Part shown: piece by piece, positions 36,168 through 44,961 of the stretch
How positions within the stretch are numbered: the stretch's first letter is position 1
Layout: each line of letters opens with the position of its first letter
Assembly (NCBI GenBank): GCA_016793045.1
Contig: JAEUKZ010000083.1
Coordinates: 1 to 44,961 of the forward strand
Length of the DNA stretch: 44,961 bases
From: Alphaproteobacteria bacterium
Lineage (GTDB): Bacteria > Pseudomonadota > Alphaproteobacteria > CACIAM-22H2
Direction: 5' to 3'
The notes under the pieces: generated by a model
The model's database searches: none
Told to the model about the DNA's origin: nothing
Seen by the model: only the letters and a program-made list of their open reading frames with translations
Made by a program: the position numbers and the translations under genes

Positions 36168-37178
36168 ATGAATTATCGCAGGCTCGGCCGGTCGGGCCTT
36201 CAGGTCTCGCCCCTCTGCCTCGGCACGATGATGTTCGGCGACCGCACCGACGAGGCCGAGGCCGGCCGCATCGTCGATGCCGCACGCGCCGGGGGCACCA
36301 ATTTCATCGACACCGCGGACGCCTACGCCAAGGGCGAATCGGAACGCATCGTCGGCCGCCTGATCGCGCGCGACCGTACGCGCTGGATCCTCGCCACCAA
36401 GGCGGCCAACCCGATGAGCGACGACCCCAACGACCGCGGGCTGTCGCGACGCTGGCTCGAGGCGGCATGCAACGCCAGCCTGAAGCGCCTCGGCACCGAC
36501 TACATCGACGTCTACTACCTGCACCGCGAGGACGAGGAAACGCCGCTCGAGGAGACCGCCGCCGCGGTCGGCGACCTGATCCGCGCCGGCAAGATCCGCT
36601 ATGTCGGCATCTCCAATTTCCGCGCCTGGCGGATGGCAACCTTCATCGAGATATGCAGGGCGATGGGCGTGCCGCAGCCGGTCTGCTGCCAGCCCTACTA
36701 CAACGCCTTCAACCGCATGCCGGAGGTCGAGGTGCTGCCGGCCTGCGCCTATCACGGGCTCGGCGCGGTGCCGTACTCGCCGCTGGCCCGCGGGGTGCTG
36801 ACGGGCAAGTACGCCCCCAATTCCGCCCCGGCGGCCGACAGCCGGGCCGGCCGCAAGGACGCGCGGATGCTGCAGACCGAGTTCCGCCGCGAGTCGCTGG
36901 AGATGGCCCAGAGGATCAAGGCGCATGCCGAGGCGCGCGGCATGACCGCCGGCCAGTTTGCGGTGAACTGGGTGCTTGCCAATCCGATTGTGACGTCCGT
37001 GCTTGCCGGCCCCCGCACTCTGGCCCAATGGGAGGAGTACGCGGGCAGTCTGAAGCATGCCTATGCGGCGGAGGATGAGGCCCTGGTCGATTCCCTGGTG
37101 CCGGTCGGCCATCCGTCGACGCCGGGCTACAGCGACCCGCAATACCCGATCCGCGGCCGCCCGCCGGTCCGGGCCTGA
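36168..37178 (+). CDS. Aldo/keto reductase
   Basis: LCLGTMMFG, FIDTADAY, LATK, SLKRLGTDYIDVYYLH, GKIRYVGISN, YSPLARG. Confidence 0.95.
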   Translation: MNYRRLGRSGLQVSPLCLGTMMFGDRTDEAEAGRIVDAARAGGTNFIDTADAYAKGESERIVGRLIARDRTRWILATKAANPMSDDPNDRGLSRRWLEAACNASLKRLGTDYIDVYYLHREDEETPLEETAAAVGDLIRAGKIRYVGISNFRAWRMATFIEICRAMGVPQPVCCQPYYNAFNRMPEVEVLPACAYHGLGAVPYSPLARGVLTGKYAPNSAPAADSRAGRKDARMLQTEFRRESLEMAQRIKAHAEARGMTAGQFAVNWVLANPIVTSVLAGPRTLAQWEEYAGSLKHAYAAEDEALVDSLVPVGHPSTPGYSDPQYPIRGRPPVRA

Positions 37179-37182
37179 TCGG

Positions 37183-37225
37183 CCGGCGCCCTCGGGATGC
37201 AACCCGGGGGCGCCGGTCATTTGTT
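37183..37225 (+). terminator. Probable terminator after the aldo/keto reductase
   Basis: CCGGCGCCCTCGGG-ATGCAA-CCCGGGGGCGCCGG stem followed by TCATTTGTT. Confidence 0.55.
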
Positions 37226-37446
37226 CATCGGTTGTCGTATCCCCTCGTAGGGATTGTCTTAACGGATATTTCTGTACATCCCTGGAGAATGCCTCCGGCG
37301 ATGCAGTGGGGCGGCCGAAGCGGACCAGGCGCCATGACGTACGGCTTCCGGTGCGCGGCGGCGCAAGGCGCCCCCAGGCTCTGCCCGCGGCCAAACGAGA
37401 TTGGCAAGACCGCGGTGGCGACAGCAGCCCCTTCCCCACGACCAGC

Positions 37447-37917
37447 ATGATGTCCTACGCGCGAGAACCTTCACCGTCGGTCGCGGCATTCCGTGCCCAT
37501 TGGGATAGTCTTCGGCCAAGCCCCGGGGTGCTGCCGGGGCGACAGCATTTCGACCCGATGCGGGTTCCGCAGTTCCTGCCCAATATCTGCCTGATCGATG
37601 TGGTGCCCGGCCCGCGGCGCCGCTTTCGCATGCGACTGGTCGGCGGCGCGCTCGTCGAGGCCGGCTTTGCCGGTCGGCCGGGCGACTTCATGGATGCCCC
37701 GCACATCGCGCCCGACCCGACAAAAGTCGTCGGCGCGCTCGACGACGTCGCCGAAACCGGCCGGCCCGACTGGCGTCGCGGTCCGGCCGTCGTCGACCAT
37801 ACCAAGTTCGTCGACAGCCTTGAGCGGGTGCTCCTGCCGCTTGCGCGCGATGGCACCCATGTCGACATGATCATGAGCTACACGATCTTTCACTGGCACG
37901 ACGGACGCACCACCTGA
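37447..37917 (+). CDS. Stand-alone PAS_5-like domain protein (copy 1)
   Basis: HWDSLR...LPGRQHFDP...LPNICLIDV, FRMRLVG, ERVLLPLARDG..VDMI. Confidence 0.8.
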   Translation: MMSYAREPSPSVAAFRAHWDSLRPSPGVLPGRQHFDPMRVPQFLPNICLIDVVPGPRRRFRMRLVGGALVEAGFAGRPGDFMDAPHIAPDPTKVVGALDDVAETGRPDWRRGPAVVDHTKFVDSLERVLLPLARDGTHVDMIMSYTIFHWHDGRTT

Positions 37918-38171
37918 TCCGGGCTGGTCGGTTTTGTTTTACATCAGAAACAAGTTATAATTATCTGTTTTAAATTGATAAATTTACAACTCCTGAACTT
38001 GTAGGCAACTGTGATTTCGGCCTGGAAACGATCGCATGGGCGGGCGCTTCCGACGCGCCCGATTTCATTTCGTGTTCGCAACAAATGCCGCGCCCATCGC
38101 AGCCGCACCCGAACATGGGGTTGCGGATTTGACGCAGCCTCTCGCCCTGGATCAGCGGTCGGCATTCCTAT

Positions 38172-38651
38172 ATGAGCACGCGCATGTTCGAGGCCGAACA
38201 ACCCACCTCGCGCGTCGCCGCCTTCATCGCCTATTGGGAATCGATCCGGCCGGCCCCCGACCTCCTGCCTGGGCGCCAGCATTTCGATCCGATCCAGATA
38301 CCGCATCTGCTGCCGAACCTCTGGCTGATCGACGTCATGCCGGGCTGGCCGCGCCGCTACCAGATCCGCCTCGTCGGCGGTGCGCTGGTCGAGGCCGGCT
38401 TCATCGGCCGCACCGGCGACTTCATGGATGACCCGCGCCTGTCCCCCGACCCCGAGCGCGTGATCGCGGTGCTCGACCGGATCGTCGAAGCCCGGCGGCC
38501 GGACTGGCGGCGCGGGGTCGCGATCGTCGACCACACGAAATACGTCGACAGCATCGAGCGCGCGATGATGCCGCTGGCGCGCGACGGCAGGAACGTCGAC
38601 ATGATCCTGTCCATGACCGTGTTCCATTGGCAGGATGGCCGCTCGACCTGA
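38172..38651 (+). CDS. Stand-alone PAS_5-like domain protein (copy 2)
   Basis: YWESIR...LPGRQHFDP...LPNLWLIDV, YQIRLVG, ERAMMPLARDG..VDMI. Confidence 0.82.
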   Translation: MSTRMFEAEQPTSRVAAFIAYWESIRPAPDLLPGRQHFDPIQIPHLLPNLWLIDVMPGWPRRYQIRLVGGALVEAGFIGRTGDFMDDPRLSPDPERVIAVLDRIVEARRPDWRRGVAIVDHTKYVDSIERAMMPLARDGRNVDMILSMTVFHWQDGRST

Positions 38652-38701
38652 CGGCGGCCCATCGCCGCGGGCCGGCCGATACCGCGGGGGAGGAAACCGA
38701 C

Positions 38702-39637
38702 ATGGTCGATCTCGACGTCATCGCGACGGGTCTGCGCTTTCCCGAGGGCCCGGTGGCGATGCCCGACGGCAGCTTCCTGGTCGTCGAAATCGCGCGGCGC
38801 ACGGTGAGCCGGATCGGCGCCGGCGGCACGGTGAGCGTGGTCTCGGAAAATGGCGGCGGGCCGAACGGCCTCGCGATCGGCGCCGACGGCGCCATCTATG
38901 TCTGCAACAACGGCGGCTTCGAGTTCATCGAGGACGACCTCGGCATCCGCCCTGCGGTGCAGTCCTTCGACTATACGCACGGCCGGGTCGAGCGCGTCGA
39001 CCCGGCAACGGGCGCCGTCCGCACCCTGACCCGCGGCCTGCCCGAGCGCGGCCTGCGCGGCCCCAACGATCTCGTGGTCGACCGCCAGGGTGGAATCTGG
39101 TTCACCGATCTCGGCAAGTCGCGCCATCGCGACATGGATCAGGGAGGCGTCTATTGGCTGTCGCCCGACGGTCGCCAGCTCAAGGAGGTCGCCTTTCCGG
39201 TGACCACCGCCAACGGCATCGGCCTGTCGCCAGACGAGAAGACCGTCTACGTCGCCGAGACGATCGGCGCGCGGCTATGGGCGTTCGACGTCACCGGCCC
39301 GGGCGAGGTCAAGAAGCATCCCTACCCCAGCCCGCATGGCGGACGGCTCGTCCACCAGAGCGGCGGGCGCGACTACAAGCGCTTCGACAGCCTGGCAGTC
39401 GAGGCCTCGGGCAACGTCTGCGTCGCGACGCTCGCGACCGGCGGCATCTCGGTGATCGCGCCTGACGGCACGCTGGTCGACTTCGTCGCCATGCCCGATC
39501 GGATGACGACGAATATCTGCTTCGGCGGCGCCGACCTGCGCACGGCCTACATCACGCTTTCGCTGTCGGGGCGGCTGGTCGCGATGAAATGGCCGCGGCC
39601 GGGCCTGGCGCTGAATTTTCTCAACAGGACTCCGTAG
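38702..39637 (+). CDS. SMP-30/gluconolactonase family protein
   Basis: LRFPEGP, GPNGLA, GPNDL, WFTD, NGIGLSPD, FDSLAV, TNICFGG; GGAGG RBS. Confidence 0.92.
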   Translation: MVDLDVIATGLRFPEGPVAMPDGSFLVVEIARRTVSRIGAGGTVSVVSENGGGPNGLAIGADGAIYVCNNGGFEFIEDDLGIRPAVQSFDYTHGRVERVDPATGAVRTLTRGLPERGLRGPNDLVVDRQGGIWFTDLGKSRHRDMDQGGVYWLSPDGRQLKEVAFPVTTANGIGLSPDEKTVYVAETIGARLWAFDVTGPGEVKKHPYPSPHGGRLVHQSGGRDYKRFDSLAVEASGNVCVATLATGGISVIAPDGTLVDFVAMPDRMTTNICFGGADLRTAYITLSLSGRLVAMKWPRPGLALNFLNRTP

Positions 39638-39648
39638 TCCGCGCGCGC

Positions 39649-40521
39649 CTAGTACAGCACCAGCGTCCGCACTTCGATGCTTTCGCGCGGCGGCGCGCCG
39701 GGCGGAACCGTCGGGTCGTCGAAGGCGGTATGCGCGGTGAAGCGCGCGGTCTGCGCGGCGTCCGAGTCGTAGCATTTGATCAGCAACGCCTCATCGCGCT
39801 GCTGGTCCGCCAAGTAGTACCAGCGATGCGCCGGATTGTAGGCGAAGCCGTACGTCTCCCCCACCCGGTCGCGATAGACGAGATCCTGGGCGACGAAGTC
39901 GCCCGGCGCGATCGAGCGCGCGTCGGCGAGTGCGAGGGGCGCGTCGCGCACCGGCCCGCGCAGCGGCCGCCACAGGTTGATCAGCGCGAAGCGGCCGGCG
40001 AGCGCGGCGTCGGCATTTTCGCCGCGTGCGAGCAGCTCCGTACGCGCGCGCTGCGGCCCGGAGCCGGCGGTGAAGTCGTTGTGGACGCGGCGTACGGGCT
40101 CGCGCACGCCGCGCGCGTCGCGGCCGGTATTGGCGCCGCTGCGCAGGTTGTGGTCGAAGGCAACGACGCGGCGCGCGCCGGTCGCGATGCCGACGGCGCG
40201 CTCGACCGCGCGCAGATAGGCGTCGAGTTGCGCCGGGTCGTGGAAGTCATCGACGGCGTCCGGCGCGCGCACGACCTCGAAGCCCTGGATGTCGAGCGAC
40301 AGCTCGTTGGCGAGCGGCCGCGCGTCGGTGATCGCGACGCGATGCTGCGCGAACGCGCCGCTGCGCCACGGCGTCCCGGGCGGCGGCTCGAAGGTGTAGG
40401 CGACCGGCCGTTCGCCCGTCTTCTCGACATAAGTCAACGCGGCAACGAGATCGCGCGACGCGCGCGGTTCCGGGCCACCGCTCGCGGCCGGCCGGTCAGA
40501 ATGGTCGAGGGCAAGAGCCAT
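39649..40521 (-). CDS. CmcJ/NvfI family oxidoreductase (Fe/2OG-like)
   Basis: DARP...SLD.QGF, FDHNLR, VHND (HxD), INLWRP, DAPLALAD, HRWYY, KCYDS, AHTAF, RESIEVR; GGAGG RBS before 40521. Confidence 0.82.
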   Translation of the reverse strand: MALALDHSDRPAASGGPEPRASRDLVAALTYVEKTGERPVAYTFEPPPGTPWRSGAFAQHRVAITDARPLANELSLDIQGFEVVRAPDAVDDFHDPAQLDAYLRAVERAVGIATGARRVVAFDHNLRSGANTGRDARGVREPVRRVHNDFTAGSGPQRARTELLARGENADAALAGRFALINLWRPLRGPVRDAPLALADARSIAPGDFVAQDLVYRDRVGETYGFAYNPAHRWYYLADQQRDEALLIKCYDSDAAQTARFTAHTAFDDPTVPPGAPPRESIEVRTLVLY

Positions 40522-41092
40522 GACAGCCTCCATCGTGCTGAGGTGGTGCGAGGCGCCGCCGCCGAAGCGGCGACGCAGTCGCGGCAGTAGGCCGCGCCGT
40601 TGGCGCGCCGGGGTGGATGCCTCGGCCGCGTCGGCGCGCACGGCGGCTTCGGCAAGCGCCGACTCCGGTCCGGAAAATCCGAGCATCCAGGTCATTGCGG
40701 CACTCCCTTCGTCGACGCCCAGCGGCGCGGGATGCGATCGCGAATGAAGCTAGGATGGCCGCGCGCGCACGACGAACGAGAAGTTCTTGGCCGCGCAAAC
40801 AGGAAATCTAACGCGCACGATCGCCACCGGCGCGGCCCGGTGCGCGCGGTACGGCGGCCCAACGAAGCGGGAAGAATGCAGCGGCGCGCCGTCGCCGGAT
40901 CGGCGAGACGATGGGATAGCGGCTGCTGGAAATCGGGCCGGGAGGATGATCCTCCGGGCGAATGACGCGGCCGCGCGCGGCGGCGTCAGGTCCGTTGCGT
41001 CGTCGGCACGGCCGAAGCCGGCCGACGCTGCAACAGCGGATCGGGTGCCGGCTGCGGGATGTCGCACCCCGCCTGCCGGCAGCCCGGCCGAA

Positions 41093-41269
41093 TCACGTCC
41101 CGGCGTTTTGCAGGGTCGTGGCGACGCGGTTGAAGATGCCGCTGAGCTGCGTGCCCAGGGCGCCCATGCCCGCGATGGCGGCGACGGCAATGAGGGCGGC
41201 GATCAGGCCGTACTCGATCGCGGTTGCGCCCGATTCGTCGTTGATCAGGGACTTGGCAAACTTGGTCAT
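41093..41269 (-). CDS. flp: Flp family type IVc (Tad) pilin
   Basis: MTKFAKSLINDESG/ATAIEYGLIAALIAVAAIAGM; canonical Flp motif. Confidence 0.93.
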   Translation of the reverse strand: MTKFAKSLINDESGATAIEYGLIAALIAVAAIAGMGALGTQLSGIFNRVATTLQNAGT

Positions 41270-41463
41270 AGCGATCACCTACAGGTTGAGACGACAGTCA
41301 GGCCAACCGGAGCGGCCGATGGCGTCTTTCTACAGGTGATTGCTTAAGGGTTGATGAACGCCAAACAAATACCAAGTACCATCAAGTATAAAAAGAATAA
41401 GGAACTGTATTCGAATTTGCCGAAAATTCGATCGATCGAGAAACCCGCTGGGAATCAAGGATT

Positions 41464-42006
41464 TCAGCCATCGCCGCGCGATCGCGCAAGACGCGCGATC
41501 ACCGCCAGATCGAGCGCCCCCTTGGCGCCCCAGCCCGACTCGCCCTCCGGAATCGCCGGCCTGAACGCGACGTACAGGTCATAGGCGCGATCGGCAAGAT
41601 CGGCCGGCGTGAAGGTGCGCGCGAGCGCCGTCATCGCGGCGCGGCACTCGCCCAACGCGTCGCCGAACTTCGATTCGAGGTAGCGGGCGACCGACGCCGG
41701 ATCGATCGGCTTGTCCTTTGCGAGCGCGCGCCAACCCGTCGGCGTCGTCGCAACCGTGATGGCGCGGCCCATCAGCGCGACATGGATCTTCGTTTCGCCG
41801 GCGCGGCTGGCGCGCTCCGCGCGCAGCGCCGCGGGCGCCGGCTTGAAGATCCCGAGTCGTACGCCCTTCGCCTGCGCATTGAGCCCGGCCAGCGCCTTGC
41901 CGAGCGTCAGCGCCTCGTCGGCGTCGAAGCCGAGGCGCTCCGCGACGACGCTCGCCCACAGCGTCAGGACGGGGGCCCGATTGATCTCGACGGTCCGCGA
42001 TGCCAT
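41464..42006 (-). CDS. Conserved hypothetical protein
   Basis: INRAPVLTLWASVVAERLGF, AKGVRLGI, YL..KFG, LY..FRP, GWGAKG.LDL look like conserved-family blocks; GGAGG RBS. Confidence 0.72.
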   Translation of the reverse strand: MASRTVEINRAPVLTLWASVVAERLGFDADEALTLGKALAGLNAQAKGVRLGIFKPAPAALRAERASRAGETKIHVALMGRAITVATTPTGWRALAKDKPIDPASVARYLESKFGDALGECRAAMTALARTFTPADLADRAYDLYVAFRPAIPEGESGWGAKGALDLAVIARLARSRGDG

Positions 42007-42027
42007 CCGCACCTCCCGACGATGCGC

Positions 42028-42531
42028 CTATCCGAAGCGCATGCCGACGAGAACCATGTCCACCGTCGCGCCGTCGGCGGCGAGCGGCAGGTGAATCGCC
42101 TCGTAGCGGCGGACGCGCCCGTCGACCACAGCGTCGCGTCGCGCCGCGGTGGGCCGTGCGTCCTCCGCTACCCGCGCATAGACCCGCTTCGCCACCTCGC
42201 GGAACTGCGGATCGGGGTGATCGTCCAGCATCCGCCCCGTCATCTCGATGCCCAGCATGTTGACCAGGTTGGCGCCGACCAGGCGATAGCGGAATCGCGG
42301 CGCCGGACCGTCGGGATCGCGCACGACGTCGACCAGGATGAGGTTGCCGAGCATGAAGCCCATGTCGAGCGGATCGATGTCGCGACGCGACGGCAGCCGG
42401 CCGGGCGTCCCGCGCGCACGCCAGTAGTCGTAGAGCTTGTGCAGATCGGGGTGTGCGACCGTCGCGACGATCTCGGCGCGGGTCGGGTCGCCGAAACGGG
42501 CCGTCGCAGGGTCAGGAAGGCCGGCGTCCAT
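42028..42531 (-). CDS. Stand-alone PAS_5-like domain protein (copy 3)
   Basis: LYDYW...LPSRRDIDP, FRYRLVG, EMTGR, YEAIHLPLAADG..VDM. Confidence 0.85.
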   Translation of the reverse strand: MDAGLPDPATARFGDPTRAEIVATVAHPDLHKLYDYWRARGTPGRLPSRRDIDPLDMGFMLGNLILVDVVRDPDGPAPRFRYRLVGANLVNMLGIEMTGRMLDDHPDPQFREVAKRVYARVAEDARPTAARRDAVVDGRVRRYEAIHLPLAADGATVDMVLVGMRFG

Positions 42532-42653
42532 GGCGCCGGGACTATAGCGGCAACGCGCCCCCGGCAACCTAAATTCGAAGAGGCCCGCAGGCGCATGGCG
42601 GCGTCAGCGGCGTTTCCCGTCAGTGTCCGGCCATCGACGCCCGTGCGCCGCCG

Positions 42654-42977
42654 CTAGCCGCGGCCGGCCTGCGCCCTTGCGGTCGCGAGGCGCGTGTCCA
42701 GCGCGGACAGACGCCGCTCGAGCCGCAGGATCATGTCGATCGTCGGAATCCCGGGGCCCGCGAGCGCCGTCAATTCCGCGATCACCTGATCGATCTCGAA
42801 GGCCATTTCGTGCGCCGATCCGGCTAAGGCGTCGCCAGGCAGGCGCCGCAGTGCGGCCCCTGCCCGGCTCAGCGCTTCGATCCCATCGCCGCGCAAAGCG
42901 TGGAGCGCCTGGCCCAGCCGATCGATCACAGCCGCATGGCCGGCGGCGAGGCGCGGATGAATGTGGACGCTTGCCAT
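42654..42977 (-). CDS. Hypothetical small helical protein
   Basis: 107-aa ORF starting 21 nt after the chemoreceptor stop, same strand, GGGGGA RBS. Confidence 0.5.
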   Translation of the reverse strand: MASVHIHPRLAAGHAAVIDRLGQALHALRGDGIEALSRAGAALRRLPGDALAGSAHEMAFEIDQVIAELTALAGPGIPTIDMILRLERRLSALDTRLATARAQAGRG

Positions 42978-42998
42978 CGTTGCCGATCCCCCGTCCCG

Positions 42999-44378
42999 TC
43001 AGGCCGTCCGCACGCGCTCGAAGAATGCGCCGATGTCGCTGCGGAGGACGTCCGACTGCTTGGACAGCAAGGCGGCGGCCTCGAGGACCTGGCCGGCGCC
43101 GCGACCGGTATGGCCCGCAGCGTCGTTCACGCCGCTGATGTTGCTGGTAACCTCGCTCGTCCCGGCGGCGGCCTGCTGAACGTTGCGTGCGATCTCCTTC
43201 GTCGCCGCGTCCTGCTCCTCTACGGCGGCCGCGATCGTGGTCGAGATCTCGTTGACCCCGGTGATCGTGGCGCGGATCGCGTCGATCGCCGTCACCGCCT
43301 TTGCGGTCGATTCCTGGATCGAGCCGACCTGCGCCGCGATGTCCTCGGTCGCCTTCGCCGTCTGGTTCGCGAGCGACTTGACCTCGCTGGCGACGACCGC
43401 AAAGCCCTTGCCGGCTTCGCCGGCGCGCGCCGCCTCGATCGTGGCGTTGAGCGCCAGCAGGTTGGTCTGCCCGGCGATGTCGTTGATGAGCTTGACGACT
43501 TCGCCGATGCGCTGCGCGCCGTCGGCCAGCGCGCGGACGAGGACGTTGGTCTGATTGGCTTCGTCGACCGCGCGCTGCGTGGTGCGCACGGACGCCGTGA
43601 CCTGGCGCCCGATCTCGGCGATCGACGACGCGAGTTCCTCCGCCGCCGCGGCGACGGTCTGCACGTTGGTCGACGCCTGCTCGGACGCCGCCGAAACCGC
43701 CATCGCCTGGCGCGTCGCGGTGTCCGCCGTGCCGGAGAGCGTCTGCGCGGTCGACTGCAGGCCGGTCGCAGCGCCCGCGACCGCTTCCAGGGTGCCCTTC
43801 ATCGTCAGATCGAAATCGGCGATCACCTGCTCGACCCTGACCTGACGCTGGCGGCGCTCCTCCAGCATGGCCTCCTGGTAGACCGAGATCGCGAAATCCA
43901 TGTCGAGCATCACGGCACGGTTCACTGCCGCGAGCACGGCTGCCAGCATCGAGGGCTTCCAGCGATAGGTTCGCACCGCGAGCGCCGCGAGCTGGCTCAT
44001 GACGAAGGCGTAGCCGCCGATGTACCAACGCGGCTCCAGACCGATGCGGTTGTGGGCGATCCCGATCGTACGCACGCTCTGGACGTAGTCGACATCGAAG
44101 GTGCCGGAGAAGAGCCGCGCCCAGTGGCTCGACTGGACCTTCTTGAGCCGGTCGCTCTGCTGTCCGATCAGGGCCGCGAGTTGCGGCTCGCTGGTGACGT
44201 GACGATAGAAGCCGTCGAGGATCGCCGGCAGGGCGCGCTCGACGTGCGGCCAGAAGCCATGCAGCAATTCGCTTGTGCGGGCATCGATCTGCATGAAGCG
44301 CAGGCGCGCGTCGCGATCATGGGCATCCGTGGCGGCAGGTGCGGAACTATGGGCCCGAGCAAGCGTATTCATGTGCAT
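42999..44378 (-). CDS. Globin-coupled chemoreceptor (protoglobin plus MCP signalling domain, HemAT-like)
   Basis: Globin segment ([22 protein letters not shown]) and MCP core [33 protein letters not shown]; no TM helix. Confidence 0.92.
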   Translation of the reverse strand: MHMNTLARAHSSAPAATDAHDRDARLRFMQIDARTSELLHGFWPHVERALPAILDGFYRHVTSEPQLAALIGQQSDRLKKVQSSHWARLFSGTFDVDYVQSVRTIGIAHNRIGLEPRWYIGGYAFVMSQLAALAVRTYRWKPSMLAAVLAAVNRAVMLDMDFAISVYQEAMLEERRQRQVRVEQVIADFDLTMKGTLEAVAGAATGLQSTAQTLSGTADTATRQAMAVSAASEQASTNVQTVAAAAEELASSIAEIGRQVTASVRTTQRAVDEANQTNVLVRALADGAQRIGEVVKLINDIAGQTNLLALNATIEAARAGEAGKGFAVVASEVKSLANQTAKATEDIAAQVGSIQESTAKAVTAIDAIRATITGVNEISTTIAAAVEEQDAATKEIARNVQQAAAGTSEVTSNISGVNDAAGHTGRGAGQVLEAAALLSKQSDVLRSDIGAFFERVRTA

Positions 44379-44565
44379 TCCCTCAGATCGATGAACGTCG
44401 CGGCCGGGGTCCCGACAAGGTCGGATCGTCCGGCCACGCGATCAGAGGTAGCAGCGGGCTGTAACAGGAGGATTTACCTCACGTAACAGCAAGCTTAATG
44501 CGCGCGCAGCGCGTTAACGCGCTGCGACGCGGCGATCCGGTGCTGCGGCTGCAGGCAGTGCGCGT

Positions 44566-44961
44566 TCAGGCGCTGCGGACGCGCTCCAGGAAGGTCTGCA
44601 CTTCGCGGCGCAAGGTCCGCGCCTGCTGCGACAAGCCATCGGCGGCAACCTGCAGCTTCTTCGCCTCGCCCCCGGTGATGCCGCTCATGCGATTGACGTC
44701 GGAGATGTTGGCGCTCACCTGCGTGGTGCCGGCGGCCGCCTGCTGGATGTTGCGCGCGATCTCCTTCGTCGCCGCATCCTGTTCTTCGACCGCCGAGGCA
44801 ATCGACGTCGAGATCTCGCTGACGCCGACGATCGTGCCGCGAATGTCGGCGATCGCGGCGACCGCCTTGGCCGTCGCGGCCTGGATCGCGCCGACCTGCT
44901 CGGCAATCTCCTCGGTCGCCTTGGCGGTCTGGTTGGCGAGGCTCTTCACCTCCGAGGCGAC
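44566..44961 (-). CDS. Methyl-accepting chemotaxis protein, C-terminal part (runs off the window)
   Basis: [19 protein letters not shown]...[18 protein letters not shown]. Confidence 0.9.
   Translation of the reverse strand, partial: VASEVKSLANQTAKATEEIAEQVGAIQAATAKAVAAIADIRGTIVGVSEISTSIASAVEEQDAATKEIARNIQQAAAGTTQVSANISDVNRMSGITGGEAKKLQVAADGLSQQARTLRREVQTFLERVRSA

Noticed and set aside
44461-44520. CtrA boxes upstream of the globin-coupled sensor
   Set aside because: TTAA/GTAA half-sites are present but the spacing is not N7

Overview
High-GC alphaproteobacterial chromosomal window (inferred from gene content and order; no tools run). It contains the rplM-rpsI operon with a clear sigma70 promoter and terminator, the neighbouring PaaI/enoyl-CoA hydratase/CoA-binding/LysE/metY block, one tRNA-Thr(UGU) and about 50 further CDSs. 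No integrase, transposase or CRISPR array was seen. The most unusual elements are: (1) a sulfur-carrier set spread over 26.2-34.0 kb (tusA divergent from yeeE, a dsrE-DUF6173-lbpA-like operon, and soxYZ) with none of the catalytic Sox or sHdr genes in view; (2) a three-gene surface module (FecR-domain protein, PEP-CTERM protein, Slam/T11SS-like TPR beta-barrel) whose PEP-CTERM gene has a TGT-N11-ACA enhancer and a sigma54-like -24/-12 promoter; (3) an archaeal-type AMP/thymidine phosphorylase translationally coupled to a beta-CASP ribonuclease; (4) two orphan Flp pilins, one absent from the supplied ORF track; (5) three stand-alone PAS_5-like proteins near a globin-coupled chemoreceptor. All family calls come from motif recognition and need HMM confirmation.
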